Assembly: GCF_000142905.1 (NCBI RefSeq)
Contig: NW_013657669.1
Location: 124,001-188,000 of the forward strand
DNA length: 64,000 bases
Origin: Thecamonas trahens ATCC 50062
Taxonomy: Eukaryota > Protista > Apusomonadida
Reading direction: 5' to 3'
A program made the position numbers and the translations under genes. Below the pieces are notes generated by a model. It was given only the letters and a program-made list of their open reading frames with translations. It searched no databases and had not been told where the DNA came from. Shown piece after piece: positions 1-12,117 of the stretch (within the stretch, counting starts at the first letter, position 1; each line of letters begins with the position of its first letter).

Positions 1-1489
1 CCGTCCCACTCCGCCCGCCATGCGCAGCCCAAGCAAACGTTTTTTGCCGTTTGGCCACCGCATTCACTACATCAGAGCAATCGCCTCGCATGTTGTACGC
101 TTATGGCCTTCTAATACATGCTGCTGGCGGGATCGACTCTTTATCGCATCCAATGGGGCCACAACAGATAGCATCCGCTTGACGATGTTCCCTCGCAGGG
201 AAGAGGAGAAGGAACAACCCGTCGGAACAAGAGAGTGCTCGCCGCACCTACATGTGCACCAACTGGCCATCGACTTGGCTACAGATGTAAGATGTAGCTA
301 TCCACAATCTGCGTCGTAGTTGGATGATTTGGATGTGTGGCTTGCTTTCCGCAAGCATCAGCACCACCTTTGCCGTGCATGCCGTACCTCTCACGAGATC
401 TGATTGATCCCTAAATAAGACAACCTCCCTTTCGTCCCCGCCGCACCCGTGCCTTGAAAGCCGGCCCAGCAGCGGCTACAGCTGTGGCAAGCTAATGTAA
501 AACTCAACGCTCTCGGTTGCCCAGCGATCTCGTCGCACCCGAAACTGCGCGCGCCTCCAACGACCTCGGTCGTCCGAGCACAGTCAGCGACGTCAATCGG
601 CCGCCCTCCCCTTCATCGACTCGGGAGCACACACATTATCTCACACCTGCAACGGGGGAGATGTCCATTCAGCCGGTCCGCCGATGGCAACCAGTGTCGT
701 CACATGTTGTTGGCACTATCATCCACATTGCCAGCCTCTCCCTGGTGGGCCGCCGGATGCTCGGTGGTCCTGAGCTGCAACCAAGACAGAGGATGGCCTC
801 TTGGAGTGTGGGATGAGACGGAATGTCGGTCGTCGACGCCCCAGAAAGGGATTCCAAGTGACCAGAGTATGCTGCAGTCGATGTTGAACACCCAACAAGT
901 TGTACGTCGCACCACTTACGGATGTCCTATGTGGCGGTCGTCTTATCGCCGTAGTGAGATCAGTCTTTTTTCACTGCTTGGGACCGGCGCACAATCCCAC
1001 GGCAAGTGGCACCCTGCAGTCACCTGCCTGATGCCTTTCTGCTAAACTCCCTGCAACAACTTCCCAGCACGTGATCTGGAACACAGGAGCTCTCAACGGC
1101 TCTGCTGTGTCTCATCCATTGTCAATGAGACGAACACTTGTCCAATTTTGATGTCATCCTCACTCTCTCCACCATCCTCCAGCCACCCCCAACCACCCAC
1201 CACCACCATCTCTGCTGACGACTCGCGCGCGCTCTCCCTCTACCACTCGCCTTATCACACACACATACACACACCCACACACACTCTCTCTCTCACGATC
1301 TCGCACTCTCCCTCATTCCCCGTCCCAGTCATACCGCCGTAAAAAATAGTAAGCCCTCCACTGGTCACACCGTGACAGCATTCGCTTGCTTGCTGCTGGC
1401 GCCATCCACCGGAGCCGAGGACGAGGAGCGACGACACCGGGCGGCGAGCATACCTCGCTCTCTCACTCCAGTTGGGTGTGGTGTTGGTG

Positions 1490-3322
1490 ATGAGGTTGGA
1501 CAGCATACGGCTCTTGTGCCTCTGTGCACTCTCTGCTCTTCTCGCTGTGGCTGCTTTGGCTGTCGTCGTCCTCGCCGGTGGTGACGAGTGGCGGGCGAGC
1601 GCGGCTGCGCTCACTCTCTCGCCCTCTCCTGCTGTACTTCGTGCTCTATGGCTAGCTGCTGGCCTCACAACGCTCATCGTTGTTGGTTGTGGTCTTGCTG
1701 CTGTACTTCTCCCGGCGGCGGCTCCTGTCTCGCCCGCTATCGCCCTTCTCCCGCTCCTCCTTGCCCTCCTGCATCCGCTCTGGCCTCGCCCTAACCTCTC
1801 CCCCGTCGCTGCGGCTCTCGTTGCCGTGGCTGTTCCCGCAGTTGCCACCCTCTTTGCCGGCCATCTCTCGGCCGCGCCGTTTGCTGCTCGGGACGATCCG
1901 CTGGCTCTGGCACGCATCCTCCTCGCCTGTCTTGCCATCGCCTCGGCTGTCGCTCTGGCTGTCCTGGGCGGCCGTGTCGCCCCTGGCACCGGCTCGCCGT
2001 CCAAGGCCGCTCTGGCTCTACCACAGGCTCTGGCGTGGACGGCGGCTGCTGCAGGGCTTGCTGCGGGTGTTTCGGGCGCACTGGTGCGCCTCCGCGCTCG
2101 CATGGCGTGGCCGCTGGCTCTGGTGTCAACCGGAGTAGCAGCATCTGCCGCCGTCCGCCTTGCCCCGCTTGCCTCGGCGCTCTTTGCCGCTAGCCCGGGC
2201 CGCTCTGCCTCGATCTGTTCGCCAGGCGTTGCACCGGCAAGCTTGCATCTGGGCGACGGCTGTAATGCCGAGCGCCGGCTGGTGGTGGGCATTGCCGCTG
2301 TCGCTGCCCTGCAGACGCTTGTCTCGGCCGTCCTGGCCTGGATCTCTGTGCCGCTGCGGCCGGCGGGGCTCGTCGTGACCGCCGCTGGCGAGCAGCCTGA
2401 GCACGCGAGCTACTCGAGCTACTCGTCGTCGAGCTACTCGAGCTCATCCGAGACCTCATCGCACATGGCGCTCGACTCAAACTCGAACTCGCTTTCGATC
2501 TCGATCTCGTCCGAGGATGAGGCATCGGTGCGAAGCATGTCATTGTCGTCTACCTCGGGCGCGCTGGCGCCGATGAGCGGGCCGCTGCTGAGCTCGTCAT
2601 CATCGTCGCGCATGCCGCTCATCGCCACCCAGTCGCTCTTGCTATCACCGGCTGCCGAGCGCCCGCCCTCGCGCGCTGTGCGCGGAGGCATGGCGCTTGC
2701 AGCTCTTCTCCAGCTTGTTGTTGCCGCCGCCGCCATCGTCCACGCCCTCGACGTGGCTGACAGCACTCCGACCTCGGCGGCCCGCCACCGCAGTGTGGCC
2801 ATTGGCGTCGCCGTCGCAGCCGCTCTGGCCTCCGCATCCGCCGCCCACGGCCTGTTCGCCACCTCGTGGCTTTCCTTTGCCCTCCACGGTGCACTCTCGT
2901 TGCTCGCCCTCCCCACCCTTGTCGTTCATGGCTCTGAGTTGTACGCGCTGGCGAGCTACCCCTCCGCTCTCGGCCTTGGCGCTGGCGACGACGCCGCCCT
3001 TGCCCAGGGCGCGGTGGTCATGGCTGCCGCCGCCGTTATCTTCACCGCCGCCACCACCGTCTCGCTCACCCTTGCTGCCCACTACTTCTTCCACCTCTAT
3101 CCTCTCCTCCCGAGCGAGCCTGTTCCCGCACCGTGGGGTGTTGCCGCTCCGCCGAACCCGTCCGAGCTCCGCCCGCCGAGCTCAATGTCGATCCACTCGT
3201 CGACCTCGACCGAATACTCGTACCTCCCCGCCTGCGACATCGAGGATCTCGCCAAGAACCCACTCGATTCTGCAGGCGCCGCCCAGCCGTCGTTCCCATC
3301 GGCCTCTGTCTCACGTTGGTAG
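1490..3322 (+). CDS. Hypothetical multi-pass membrane protein (two hydrophobic blocks separated by a Ser-rich linker)
   Basis: Long ORF; first ATG at 1490 (MRLDSIRLLCL...); many Ala/Leu/Val hydrophobic stretches; central poly-Ser region; no family recognised. Confidence 0.6.
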   Translation: MRLDSIRLLCLCALSALLAVAALAVVVLAGGDEWRASAAALTLSPSPAVLRALWLAAGLTTLIVVGCGLAAVLLPAAAPVSPAIALLPLLLALLHPLWPRPNLSPVAAALVAVAVPAVATLFAGHLSAAPFAARDDPLALARILLACLAIASAVALAVLGGRVAPGTGSPSKAALALPQALAWTAAAAGLAAGVSGALVRLRARMAWPLALVSTGVAASAAVRLAPLASALFAASPGRSASICSPGVAPASLHLGDGCNAERRLVVGIAAVAALQTLVSAVLAWISVPLRPAGLVVTAAGEQPEHASYSSYSSSSYSSSSETSSHMALDSNSNSLSISISSEDEASVRSMSLSSTSGALAPMSGPLLSSSSSSRMPLIATQSLLLSPAAERPPSRAVRGGMALAALLQLVVAAAAIVHALDVADSTPTSAARHRSVAIGVAVAAALASASAAHGLFATSWLSFALHGALSLLALPTLVVHGSELYALASYPSALGLGAGDDAALAQGAVVMAAAAVIFTAATTVSLTLAAHYFFHLYPLLPSEPVPAPWGVAAPPNPSELRPPSSMSIHSSTSTEYSYLPACDIEDLAKNPLDSAGAAQPSFPSASVSRW

Positions 3323-3522
3323 CCATGCATACCCCCCTTCTCCTCCGACAACCAGTACATACTCATTCCCTTACCCACACTCTGGCCACCCCATCAACCG
3401 CTGACCGTAGCCAGGCGCAGCCACACCACACCACCACACCACGTCGCTGCCCAAACCTTACCCACCACGTCCCCAATCCTATCCGATCCTTATAGATCAT
3501 CTCCTCGCACCCCCCCCCCCCC

Positions 3523-3622
3523 NNNNNNNNNNNNNNNNNNNNNNNNNNNNNNNNNNNNNNNNNNNNNNNNNNNNNNNNNNNNNNNNNNNNNNNNNNNNNN
3601 NNNNNNNNNNNNNNNNNNNNNN
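3523..3622. other. Assembly gap (N run) flanked by C-rich tracts
   Basis: Run of N. Confidence 0.99.
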
Positions 3623-3757
3623 TCCCCTGCTACCGAAGGAACCCAACCCAACGGCCGCCCTCCCCCCCCTCCCCCTCCCCCCCTCCCCTCCTCCCCCCCC
3701 CCTCCATACTCACCCACCCACGACATACATGCACACGTATACACACACAGAAGGCAT

Positions 3758-5059
3758 ATGGCATCGGTGGCTGGTCCGGCGAGTGGAGGACAGAGCGGGC
3801 GGACGAGCTCGGCGGTGGTGGCTGCGGCGGTGGCGGCAGTCGGGGCAGGCGGACTGGCGGCGTGGGTGGCGAGCAACCAAGAGCAGATGGGCGAGATGGA
3901 GGCTGACGAGGCGGTGGCGGTGCGGGAGGTGCGGGCGATGGTGGCGGCGGCAGCGGCAGAGGGCAAGAAGAAGGACAAGGACGGCGGAATGGTCCATGTT
4001 CCCACAGGCGTCCAGGAAGAGGTCAAGTACCGCTACGAGCTCCGCATCCGCCAGATGTCGGCACCCGAGAAGGTCTTTGAGTACTTTGCTTCAGTCGAGG
4101 ATGCCGACGGCTCGCTCAAGATGACGCCGGTCGACTTTATGCTCGCCATCACGCCTGTCGCCACGCAGCGGCCGGGCCTGCCGACCACGCTCTCGGACGA
4201 CGCCGTCAAGCTCTTCGCTGACTTTGACGTCAACCACGACGGACTCATCTCGTTTGCCGAGTACCTCTTCTTCATCACGCTCCTCTCCATCCCGGAAAGC
4301 GAGTTCCAGGTTGCTTTCAAGATGTTCGACACCAACCACGACGGAACCGTCGACGCCGACGAGTTCTCGCGGGTCATGGAGACGCTCAAGGACCGAACAG
4401 CCATCGGCCAGCACTCGCGCGGCGGCTCGCGCTCCTTCACGCACATGTCCGACAAGAACGAGTTTACCGAGACCTGCCGCGGTATCCACGCATTCTTCGG
4501 TGAGGACGGCAAGGGCTCGGTCTCGTTTGACGTCTTTGAGCAGTTTATGTCGCGCCTCCGTGCCACCATCATGCACATCGAGTTTGACTACTACGACGTC
4601 AACGACTCGGGCACCATCCCGGCTACTGCCTTTGCTCTCTCCGTCATCGGCTACGCCAAGACCAAGGACATCTCCATGTACCTTGACCGCATCCACACCC
4701 TCCCGGCCCACGTCAAGAACGCCCAGTTCACATTCAAGCAGTTCCAGGACTTTAACAAGTTCCTCCGCTCCATCGACCAGGTCGCCCTCGCCATCACCCT
4801 CTACGGCGCCATCTCGGGCGGCTCCATCAAGGCCGAGGACTTTGCCCACGCCGCCCACGCTGTCGCGGGCGTCCAGCTCGACACCCTTCAGATGGAGCTC
4901 ATGATCCACCTCTTTGACCACGACGGCGACGGCAAGCTCGACCCCGAGGAGCTCGCTGCTATTCTCGAAAAGAAAGCCTCGCGCGGCCTCAACCGCAAGC
5001 GCACCATTGGCATCTTTGACAAGCTCGCCTGCTGCAAGTCCTGCTTTGTCAACAACTAG
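3758..5059 (+). CDS. MICU1: Mitochondrial calcium uptake protein (MICU1-like, EF-hand)
   Basis: YELRIRQMSAPEKVFEYFAS resembles MICU1 YENRIRAYSTPDKIFRYFA; EF-hands DVNHDGLISFAE, DTNHDGTVDADE, DHDGDGKLDPEE; C-terminal RGL..R followed by Cys. A 5' exon could lie near the upstream gap. Confidence 0.88.
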   Translation: MASVAGPASGGQSGRTSSAVVAAAVAAVGAGGLAAWVASNQEQMGEMEADEAVAVREVRAMVAAAAAEGKKKDKDGGMVHVPTGVQEEVKYRYELRIRQMSAPEKVFEYFASVEDADGSLKMTPVDFMLAITPVATQRPGLPTTLSDDAVKLFADFDVNHDGLISFAEYLFFITLLSIPESEFQVAFKMFDTNHDGTVDADEFSRVMETLKDRTAIGQHSRGGSRSFTHMSDKNEFTETCRGIHAFFGEDGKGSVSFDVFEQFMSRLRATIMHIEFDYYDVNDSGTIPATAFALSVIGYAKTKDISMYLDRIHTLPAHVKNAQFTFKQFQDFNKFLRSIDQVALAITLYGAISGGSIKAEDFAHAAHAVAGVQLDTLQMELMIHLFDHDGDGKLDPEELAAILEKKASRGLNRKRTIGIFDKLACCKSCFVNN

Positions 5060-5134
5060 CCTCACTCTGCTAAACGAGCCTCCCACCACACCATGCCCGC
5101 CCAGCCCTGTCCAATCTCTTCTCTTCTTCAATTG

Positions 5135-6862
5135 TTATCCTGCAAACTCGATCAGGTCGTGCTCTGCCAGCTCGGCCGCCTCCTGCCGCTTTGCGTGCTT
5201 CTCCAGCCGCTCCGTACAAATGTCCTCGATGAACCGCACATGGTTTGGGTAGCCATCGAGGAGCTCGAGCACGTCGTCGCGCCCGACCACCAGGATCTCG
5301 CACTGCGTCTTGGCCACAATGTTGGCTGTCCGCGGAATGCCCTTGAACGCGCCGACCTCACCAAAGAACGCGCCCTGGCCCATCGTATCCCACACCGTGG
5401 TCATGTCCTCGGCCCGGACCTCGACCGTTCCCGCCCGCAAAAAGTACATCTTGGACGAGATCTCGCCCATCCGCACAATGACGTCGCCGGCGTTAAACGA
5501 AATGCCCGGCTTGTGCGACTCCTCCACCACGTGGAGCAAGATCTGCGACCGCTTGTGCTGCATGAACATGACCCAATGCGCCAAGTTCTCATTGATCCGC
5601 TCGATGAATGGCTGCAGCTCCGGCAGAAGCTCCGCCGCCTCCTGCCACAGCGGCCGCAGGATGTTCTCGATGAACCCAACTTGTCCGGCCTCAAGCTGCG
5701 CCTGGTCGCGGTCCATGAACGACATGACCGGAAGACCCTCAATCTTCTCGCGGTCAGACTGCGCAAAGAACTCCTCCATCAAGTTCGTCGCCCACGGCCG
5801 CGACACCCACCACGGCCGCACCTCGTTCGAAATGTCCGAGCAGCACACCATCATCCGACAGAGCCACTCGCGGTGGGTCGCGTCCTCCGGGTTGAACTCG
5901 GCCACCACCGCCCGCCACTGCGACCGCTGCGAGAAGTGCTTGCCCATGTCGGTCGAGAGCACGCATGCGATCACCGTCTTGCGCACAAACTTGTAGTCTT
6001 CCAGCGACAGGTGCTGTAGGATGTTGCACCGCGGCCGCTGCAAGATTCGAAAGCCCGTAGCGCAGTGATGGTTCTCCAGCACAGACTGGTCGTTGTAGTT
6101 GATAGCAAGGTCCGATCGCGAGTTGATGTGGTAGTTGTTGTTGAGCCCACGATGGTCCAAATCGTGGATGATGGTAGCCACCATCACAGACAGCCGCTCC
6201 AACGGCGTAAGGAACTATCCCCACTCGCCCATGTTCCCACGCAGTGACAAACCCCGCACCACCACCACCACACCCAGCCACCACCACCACCACACACCCA
6301 ATACCCACACATACCACACATACCACACATGCCACACATACCACACATGCCACCCACCCACGCATACCCAGTGAGTCCCCACCCCCTTCCCCCCCCCCCC
6401 CCCCCCCACTCCACACGCACTGCCATCCGTCCCCATGGCCATGTCCTTTTTTGGGGGCGGGGGGGTTTGTGATCTTCCTGAACTTCCAAACCCAGGGCGG
6501 CGGGTTATGAGAGCCAAAAAAACCCCCCCCCCCCCCCCCGCCCCCCTCGTGGGCACACGTACAAACTCAACCTCATCACAGGCATGGATGATGCAATAGA
6601 GCATCTGTGTGACACAGAAGCAGTGGTGGAAGTTGTGGAACGGCGTCTCGTGGTAGTTATGGCGGACGGTGTGGAGGAAGGTCTCCAGGATCTCCTCCTC
6701 GATCTGGAAGGCCTCCACAAAGCCCTGCTCACGGAACATGTACTCGATGAGGTAGACACACTGCTCACGAGAGTAGTGCCACATGTCAAAGTCCGGTGTC
6801 GTTAGGGACTCTTTCACCTCGTCGGTGATAAACGCACGAGGATCATCAGACGTCGCTGCCAT
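5135..6862 (-). CDS. Class I cyclic nucleotide phosphodiesterase (PDE9-like) with C-terminal cNMP-binding domain; exons 6862-6563 and 6214-5135
   Basis: PFHNFHHCFCVTQM, HDLDHRGLNNNY, LENHH, STDM and CCSDISNEVRP motifs; C-terminal FFGEVGAFKGIPRTANIVA phosphate-binding cassette; phase-0 GTACGT...TAG intron 6562-6215 joins DEVEF|FLTPLERL. Confidence 0.92.
6290..6365. repeat. Intronic ~9-bp tandem repeat (ccacacata/g)
   Basis: Several imperfect copies inside the PDE intron, next to poly-C tracts. Confidence 0.75.
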
Positions 6863-7007
6863 CGCCGATTGGGCCGAGTTGCACGAGTCGAGTGGTGCCC
6901 GTTTTCACTGCCGCCAGACCGCCCGTCCCCTCCGCCTGCCTTTGCCGCCCACCACTCGCGCGGCCGCTCATCACTCCCTCCAAACATACACAGACTCGTT
7001 CACTCTT

Positions 7008-10000
7008 CTACGCGGTGTAGCTTGCACTGCTGCACTCCCGGCTGCTGCTGCTGCTCGCACGATCGTTGACCGAGTACCAGCCAGATGACGTCCGATCATA
7101 CCGGTCCGAGTACGACGACTCGCCCGGTCCGCGCGGCTTGCGCGTCATCCCGCGCGACGCGCGATCATGTCGCCGGGCCCGCCGCCGCCGCCACAATCCG
7201 CGCACTATCCGGCCGCAGACCAGAACCACAAGCCCGAGCCCGCACGCCGCCCATCCGCCCACGAGAACAAGGCCAAAGAGCTGTGTCGAGACGTCGACAG
7301 CGCCAGCGGCGCCCAGAAGCGAGACGAGCGCCGCCCAGCAAACACACCCGTACCCGACCACCGAGAGCCACCGCATTCGCGCCGTCAGTTGCACCGCAGC
7401 CTGCGACACACTGTGCGCAACCACTCCGCACCCCGCAACCGCGAGCATCACTCCCGGCGCCCAGGCTGTGCCTGCCGGCGCGTACGTCAGTGCCAACACC
7501 CCGGCAAGCTTGCCCACCACCTCAACGACTATCACGTGCGGAACGAGCCGCTCGGTAAGCGTCGGCGGTGCCGCCATTCGCAGATACAGGCCAACGCTCG
7601 ACGCAGAAAGCGCAAGCAGGACGCCCGCCGCTAGAAGCACCGTCGCGCTCACCCGACCGTCGACCTCCCAGTCGGCGCCGAGCGCGCACAGTCGGAGCAG
7701 TGGCACAAGCCCGCCCTGTACTGCCGCAGGCGCCACAAACGACGCAAGCAGCGGAACGACGCCCACAAGCCGCGGTCCGAGCCAAAGCCAGCTCCGCCGC
7801 CACGAGAACGCCCGCCACGAGAGCGGCGACCGCGCACCGCGCGCGCCCAGAACGGCCACGCTGAACAGTACAAAGCCGACCCCGAGCAGCCACCACACCC
7901 CAAGCCCGGTCAGCAGCAGCACGAGCCCGGTCCCGCGTGGCCGCGCAGAACCGCCTGAAATGCTCTCCAGCACCTGGTGGAGCCCGGCTCCGGCACCCCA
8001 GCTCGGCGGATGCACCAGCAGCGCAAGGCCAGCAAGCTGCACAAGCTCCGCAGTCCGTGCACTCAGCGCCACAGCGTTGGCAAACGAGCTCCGCCACGCC
8101 ACGTCCTTTGGCAGCGGCACCACAAACGCCCGCGGCGACCACGCCACAAACGCGGCGTACTGCGTCACCACAAGTACGCCTGCGCACGCCCATCCGCCCA
8201 GCACCGCTGCCATCCGTACTCCCTCCGTCTCGCCCCACCCGCGTGCAGAGACGAGGACCGCCAGCCCCACGCCCACAACCAGGAGCCATGCGTGGAGCCA
8301 CGTCGGCGAAGCGTGCCACGAAATCGACGAGCACGAGGTGCACGAGCCGGAGCTTCGCGCAAACTCGGTCCGCACTGCGTTCGACAGCCGGTCGCCGCGG
8401 CTATTGGCCACAAGCAAGTCGCGCGGCGCCTGCACAGAGCCTTCCGAGTAGCCCTGCAGCACAAGCTCACCGTCGGTCGTCGACCCGTCAGACTGCCACG
8501 AGCCTACCCGTGAGAGCAGCGACGACGTAGAGTAGTGCAAAATGTCAAAGGTCGAGACGGAGCCGGACGTCTCGCGCGCCTCCTGCTCCTCGCTCTCGCT
8601 CCCCAGCACTGCAGACACATCGCTGCTCGTCGCACCGCCAGGCACAAGATGGGCCTCGCCTGGAATAAACGACAGCCGCGTCCCACCGAGCCTTTCGTCT
8701 GCCATGTCCGAGACCAGCGCCAGCGGCTCGCCCCGCCGCACAACAGAGCCCAGCACCGCCGCAGGCAGAACGACCACCGACGCCACAGCCGCAGCCACCG
8801 CCCCGGCCCAGAGCCCCGCATATCGCACCGCCCAGATCCGGTTGCGTTCGCGCGAGTACTCGCGCTCCTCCTCTCGGTCCATGCTCCCGCGGAAGGCCAC
8901 CTCGACGCTCGCGTACTCGCGCCGGATGTGCTCGGCCCACGGCGTTCCGTGCGCAAACCGCAGTGCGTCGCCGCGCCCGCGCACCACGCACTCGAGCGGT
9001 GTTAGCCCGCGCGCGTCCTCCGCATACAGCCCGCCCTGCATAGACTCGGGCGCCTCGGCGCCCAGCAGCGAGTTAAGGAGCACCTCGGCTGCAAGCGCAT
9101 TGCCGGCCGTCCCGATCTCGTGGAGGAGCGAGCCGTAGAACCCGTGCCCAAACTCGGATATTGAGTCCACAAACTGGTACGCCGCGCTCAGCTGCTCGCG
9201 AAAGACGGGCAGCCGCGAGCCCGGCCGCGCCGCATGGAGTAGCGCAAGGAGAATCGGCCGCGTGCTCACCGTCAGCGCAGACGCTAGGAGCTCCAGCCCG
9301 TTGCGGAGATACGGATCCGAGTGCAGCGTCCGTGAGAGCCAAAACACGCCCTGCGGCACCCCGCCCTCATGCGGCGGCAGTGCCCGCACCATCGCATCCA
9401 GCACGTCCGGCGCCGGCAGTGTCAGCCGTCGCCGCCGCGCGTTGACCCCATGCGCCACAAGGACCGAGCTCAGCGCCTCGCCGGCCGCCGCAAAGTAGTC
9501 CCGCAGCGGCCGCGACGGCGCAACTGCCAACGACCGCGGCAGCGGCGTCAGCCAGTACAGCGGCGACGCGCCAGCCACTCCGTTCAGGAGCTTGAGCGCC
9601 GCCCGATTACCGGCCCGCAGCGCCGCCATCGCCGCCACGTCATACCGCACCGCCACTCCGCGAGCGAGGCACCCACGAAGGAGCAGCGCCAGCATCTCTA
9701 GCGGCACAGCCGGTCGCTGCACCCCAAACAACAGCGCCCGCTTGAGCACAAAGTCCTCCACAGACGCACCCGACACGTAATGTGTCGCAAGTAGTGCGGT
9801 CGCAAGCTCAACATCGCCCAGCCCAGCCGCAAGATCCAGCAGCGTCGCTGTCGGGTCCGAGAGCGAAACCACGCCGTCGTCCCAGAGCGTAAACGCGTTG
9901 CACGCAATGTCCAGCGGCGGGTAAACGTACTCCATGTCGACCACGTACCGGACCCCGTGCGACCGCAGCTCCTGAGTCTCGGTCGTGCCCTCGCCCGAAT

Positions 10001-11446
10001 CGTCCTCGCCCGATCCCCCAAGCGACGATCCGAGCGCGTCGAGCGAGACTCGGTACGAGCCAGCATCGCTTTTGCGCCGCGATCCACCCGACAGCGACGC
10101 CGTCGGTGTCGAGACCGACTCGGAGCTTCCGGGCACCGACGAGAGCGCCGAGCTCGAGCTCGAGCCCAGATGCGTGGCATTGAGTGCGCGCCCAGCAGAT
10201 GCCACAAATGCGTCGGGTGCAAGACCATTGACTTCGGTCAGCGAGAGGTTGCCCTGGACGCCAGCGACTAGCGCTGAGAGGCCCTCCAGCCCAAGCTCGT
10301 TGCCACGGGCATCGAGGACCTCGAGCGACGCGTTGGCGGCCAGCGGTGCAAAGAGCGCGCTGGCGCCACACCCGGCCTTGATGGCGTTGTTGGCTATGTT
10401 GAGCACCCGGAGAGTCGTGTTGTGTGCCACTGCCCGCCCGAGCGCCCTCAGACCGACAGTCCCAGGCGCCGCCTTGTCGGCCGCAGGGCCAGAGCCAAGC
10501 TCATTGCCTGCTGCCTGAAGAATGACCAGAGAAGGGTTCCTCGCAAGCGCACTACCGATTTCCGCCAGCGCCCCGTCGGTCAGCCCAGTCTTGTTGACGT
10601 TGAGCTCGGTGAGCGTGCCGTTGAGTGCAAGTGCCCGCGCCAGCGCAGTTCCGCCCTCGCTACCGAGCGTGTTGCCCTCGAGCACCAGCGCAACGAGCGA
10701 GGTGTTGAACTGGGCGAGCGCGTGGAAGAGCGGGACCGAGGCCTTGGCCGTGAACCGTGAGTTGTACGCGAGGTTGAGCACCTCGACCTCGCACGTCCGC
10801 GACTGGAGGAGCTCAGCCCATGGCGCAGGCGAAGTCGTGTTGTACGCCATGTCAAGCTGCACAAGCGATGGCGCCTTGCCCATGGCGCCGGTGTCTCGGG
10901 CTGGGTGTGCCAGCGCACGCACAAGATGCCTCGCGCCCTTGTCACCAATGGCGTTGTCCACAAGGCTCAACCGCCGCAGATCCGAGTGCGGCGAGGCCAG
11001 AAGTGCGCCGAGCGCACGCGCCCCACGGTTGTCAATCTCGTTGCCATCCAGCAGCAGCGTCCGGAGCACCGAGTTTGTGTAGAGGCCCTCGACGAGTAGG
11101 GTCAGTCCCGCCACCGAGAATGCCGACGCTGAGACGTCCAGCTCCATAACAATAGAAATAGCGTCTTGCGGCGCGATCGGCAGCACAGGCTCGGGGTCCG
11201 AGTCAATCTCGATCGCATCTGTGGAGAGGTAGGTTGCCAAAAAGGCCAAGTCAGCGTCAGTCACTCCGAGACCCGACACATCCACCGTCGTCACCGCATC
11301 CGAGAGGAACAGATACTTGATAGACTGCGGCAGCGACTGCTCCGCAGAGCCAAGCGAGACTGTATGTTCAAACATCGACGACGAGTCGACATGGTCGGAC
11401 CGAGGCACATGTGCCTTGGCCTGGGCCGGAGTCGGGCTTGGCGACA

Positions 11447-11489
<43 letters not shown>

Positions 11490-11774
11490 AGCAGAGCTCG
11501 AGTTTGCACTCCTCAGTCCTGCATTTAGCTGCTTCTGCTTGCTTTGGCCAGTGGAGGAGAAAGTGGAAGAAGAGGTTGACGTGCTCGAACTTGAGCTCAA
11601 ACCGGTGGATGCCCGCTGCCGCCGCCGCCGGCCACCACCACCAGTCGCTGTTGGCGACAACTTTGTCAACGAGGAGGAGGAGGAGGAGGAAGAAGAAGAA
11701 GAAGAGGTGGTGGTCGAAGATAAAGACGATGCAAGCTTGCCCACAGAAGTAGAGCCTGCATCAGGTATGCCCAT
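7008..11774 (-). CDS. Large protein: Ser-rich N-terminus, RNI-like leucine-rich repeats, degenerate ankyrin-like segment, C-terminal multi-pass membrane region
   Basis: LRRs such as LRTLLLDGNEIDNRGARALG, LRRLSLVDNAIGDKGARHL, LVALVLEGNTLGSEGGTALA; SLLHEIG...EDARGLTPLE; about 9-10 hydrophobic helices at the C-terminus; 1588-aa uninterrupted ORF. Confidence 0.82.
11448..11488. repeat. (GAC)n microsatellite encoding poly-Ser on the minus strand
   Basis: Directly visible trinucleotide run. Confidence 0.9.
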
Positions 11775-12117
11775 GTCTCCTGCAGTGGAGAAAGGTATTG
11801 TCCCGGCGGGGGGCGGGGGGGCGGGGCGGGGAGGGGGTCGACAGAGACGGGCGCACTACCAGTATTCGACCAGCATCTGCCCAGTACATCTGAAGCATAC
11901 TCGGCTTTGGTTCCATGGCCCGATCCATCCATGGGATGAATAATCCTCTTCATCAGCTCTCATACGGGAGAATCCAGTTGCTCATGGCCTGGCCTGCCTA
12001 GCTCGACCGAGTCAGCTGACACTCACCATTATCTCTCGTCGCCATGATTGGGTTTCGTCAGACACACCCCTCTTGCTCAATCACACACACACACACGCAC
12101 CGACGCACAGTCCAGCC

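Noticed and set aside
1-1140. Short ORFs in a lower-GC stretch at the window start
   Set aside because: No recognisable motifs and stops in all frames; could be intergenic or decayed sequence, but nothing is supportable.
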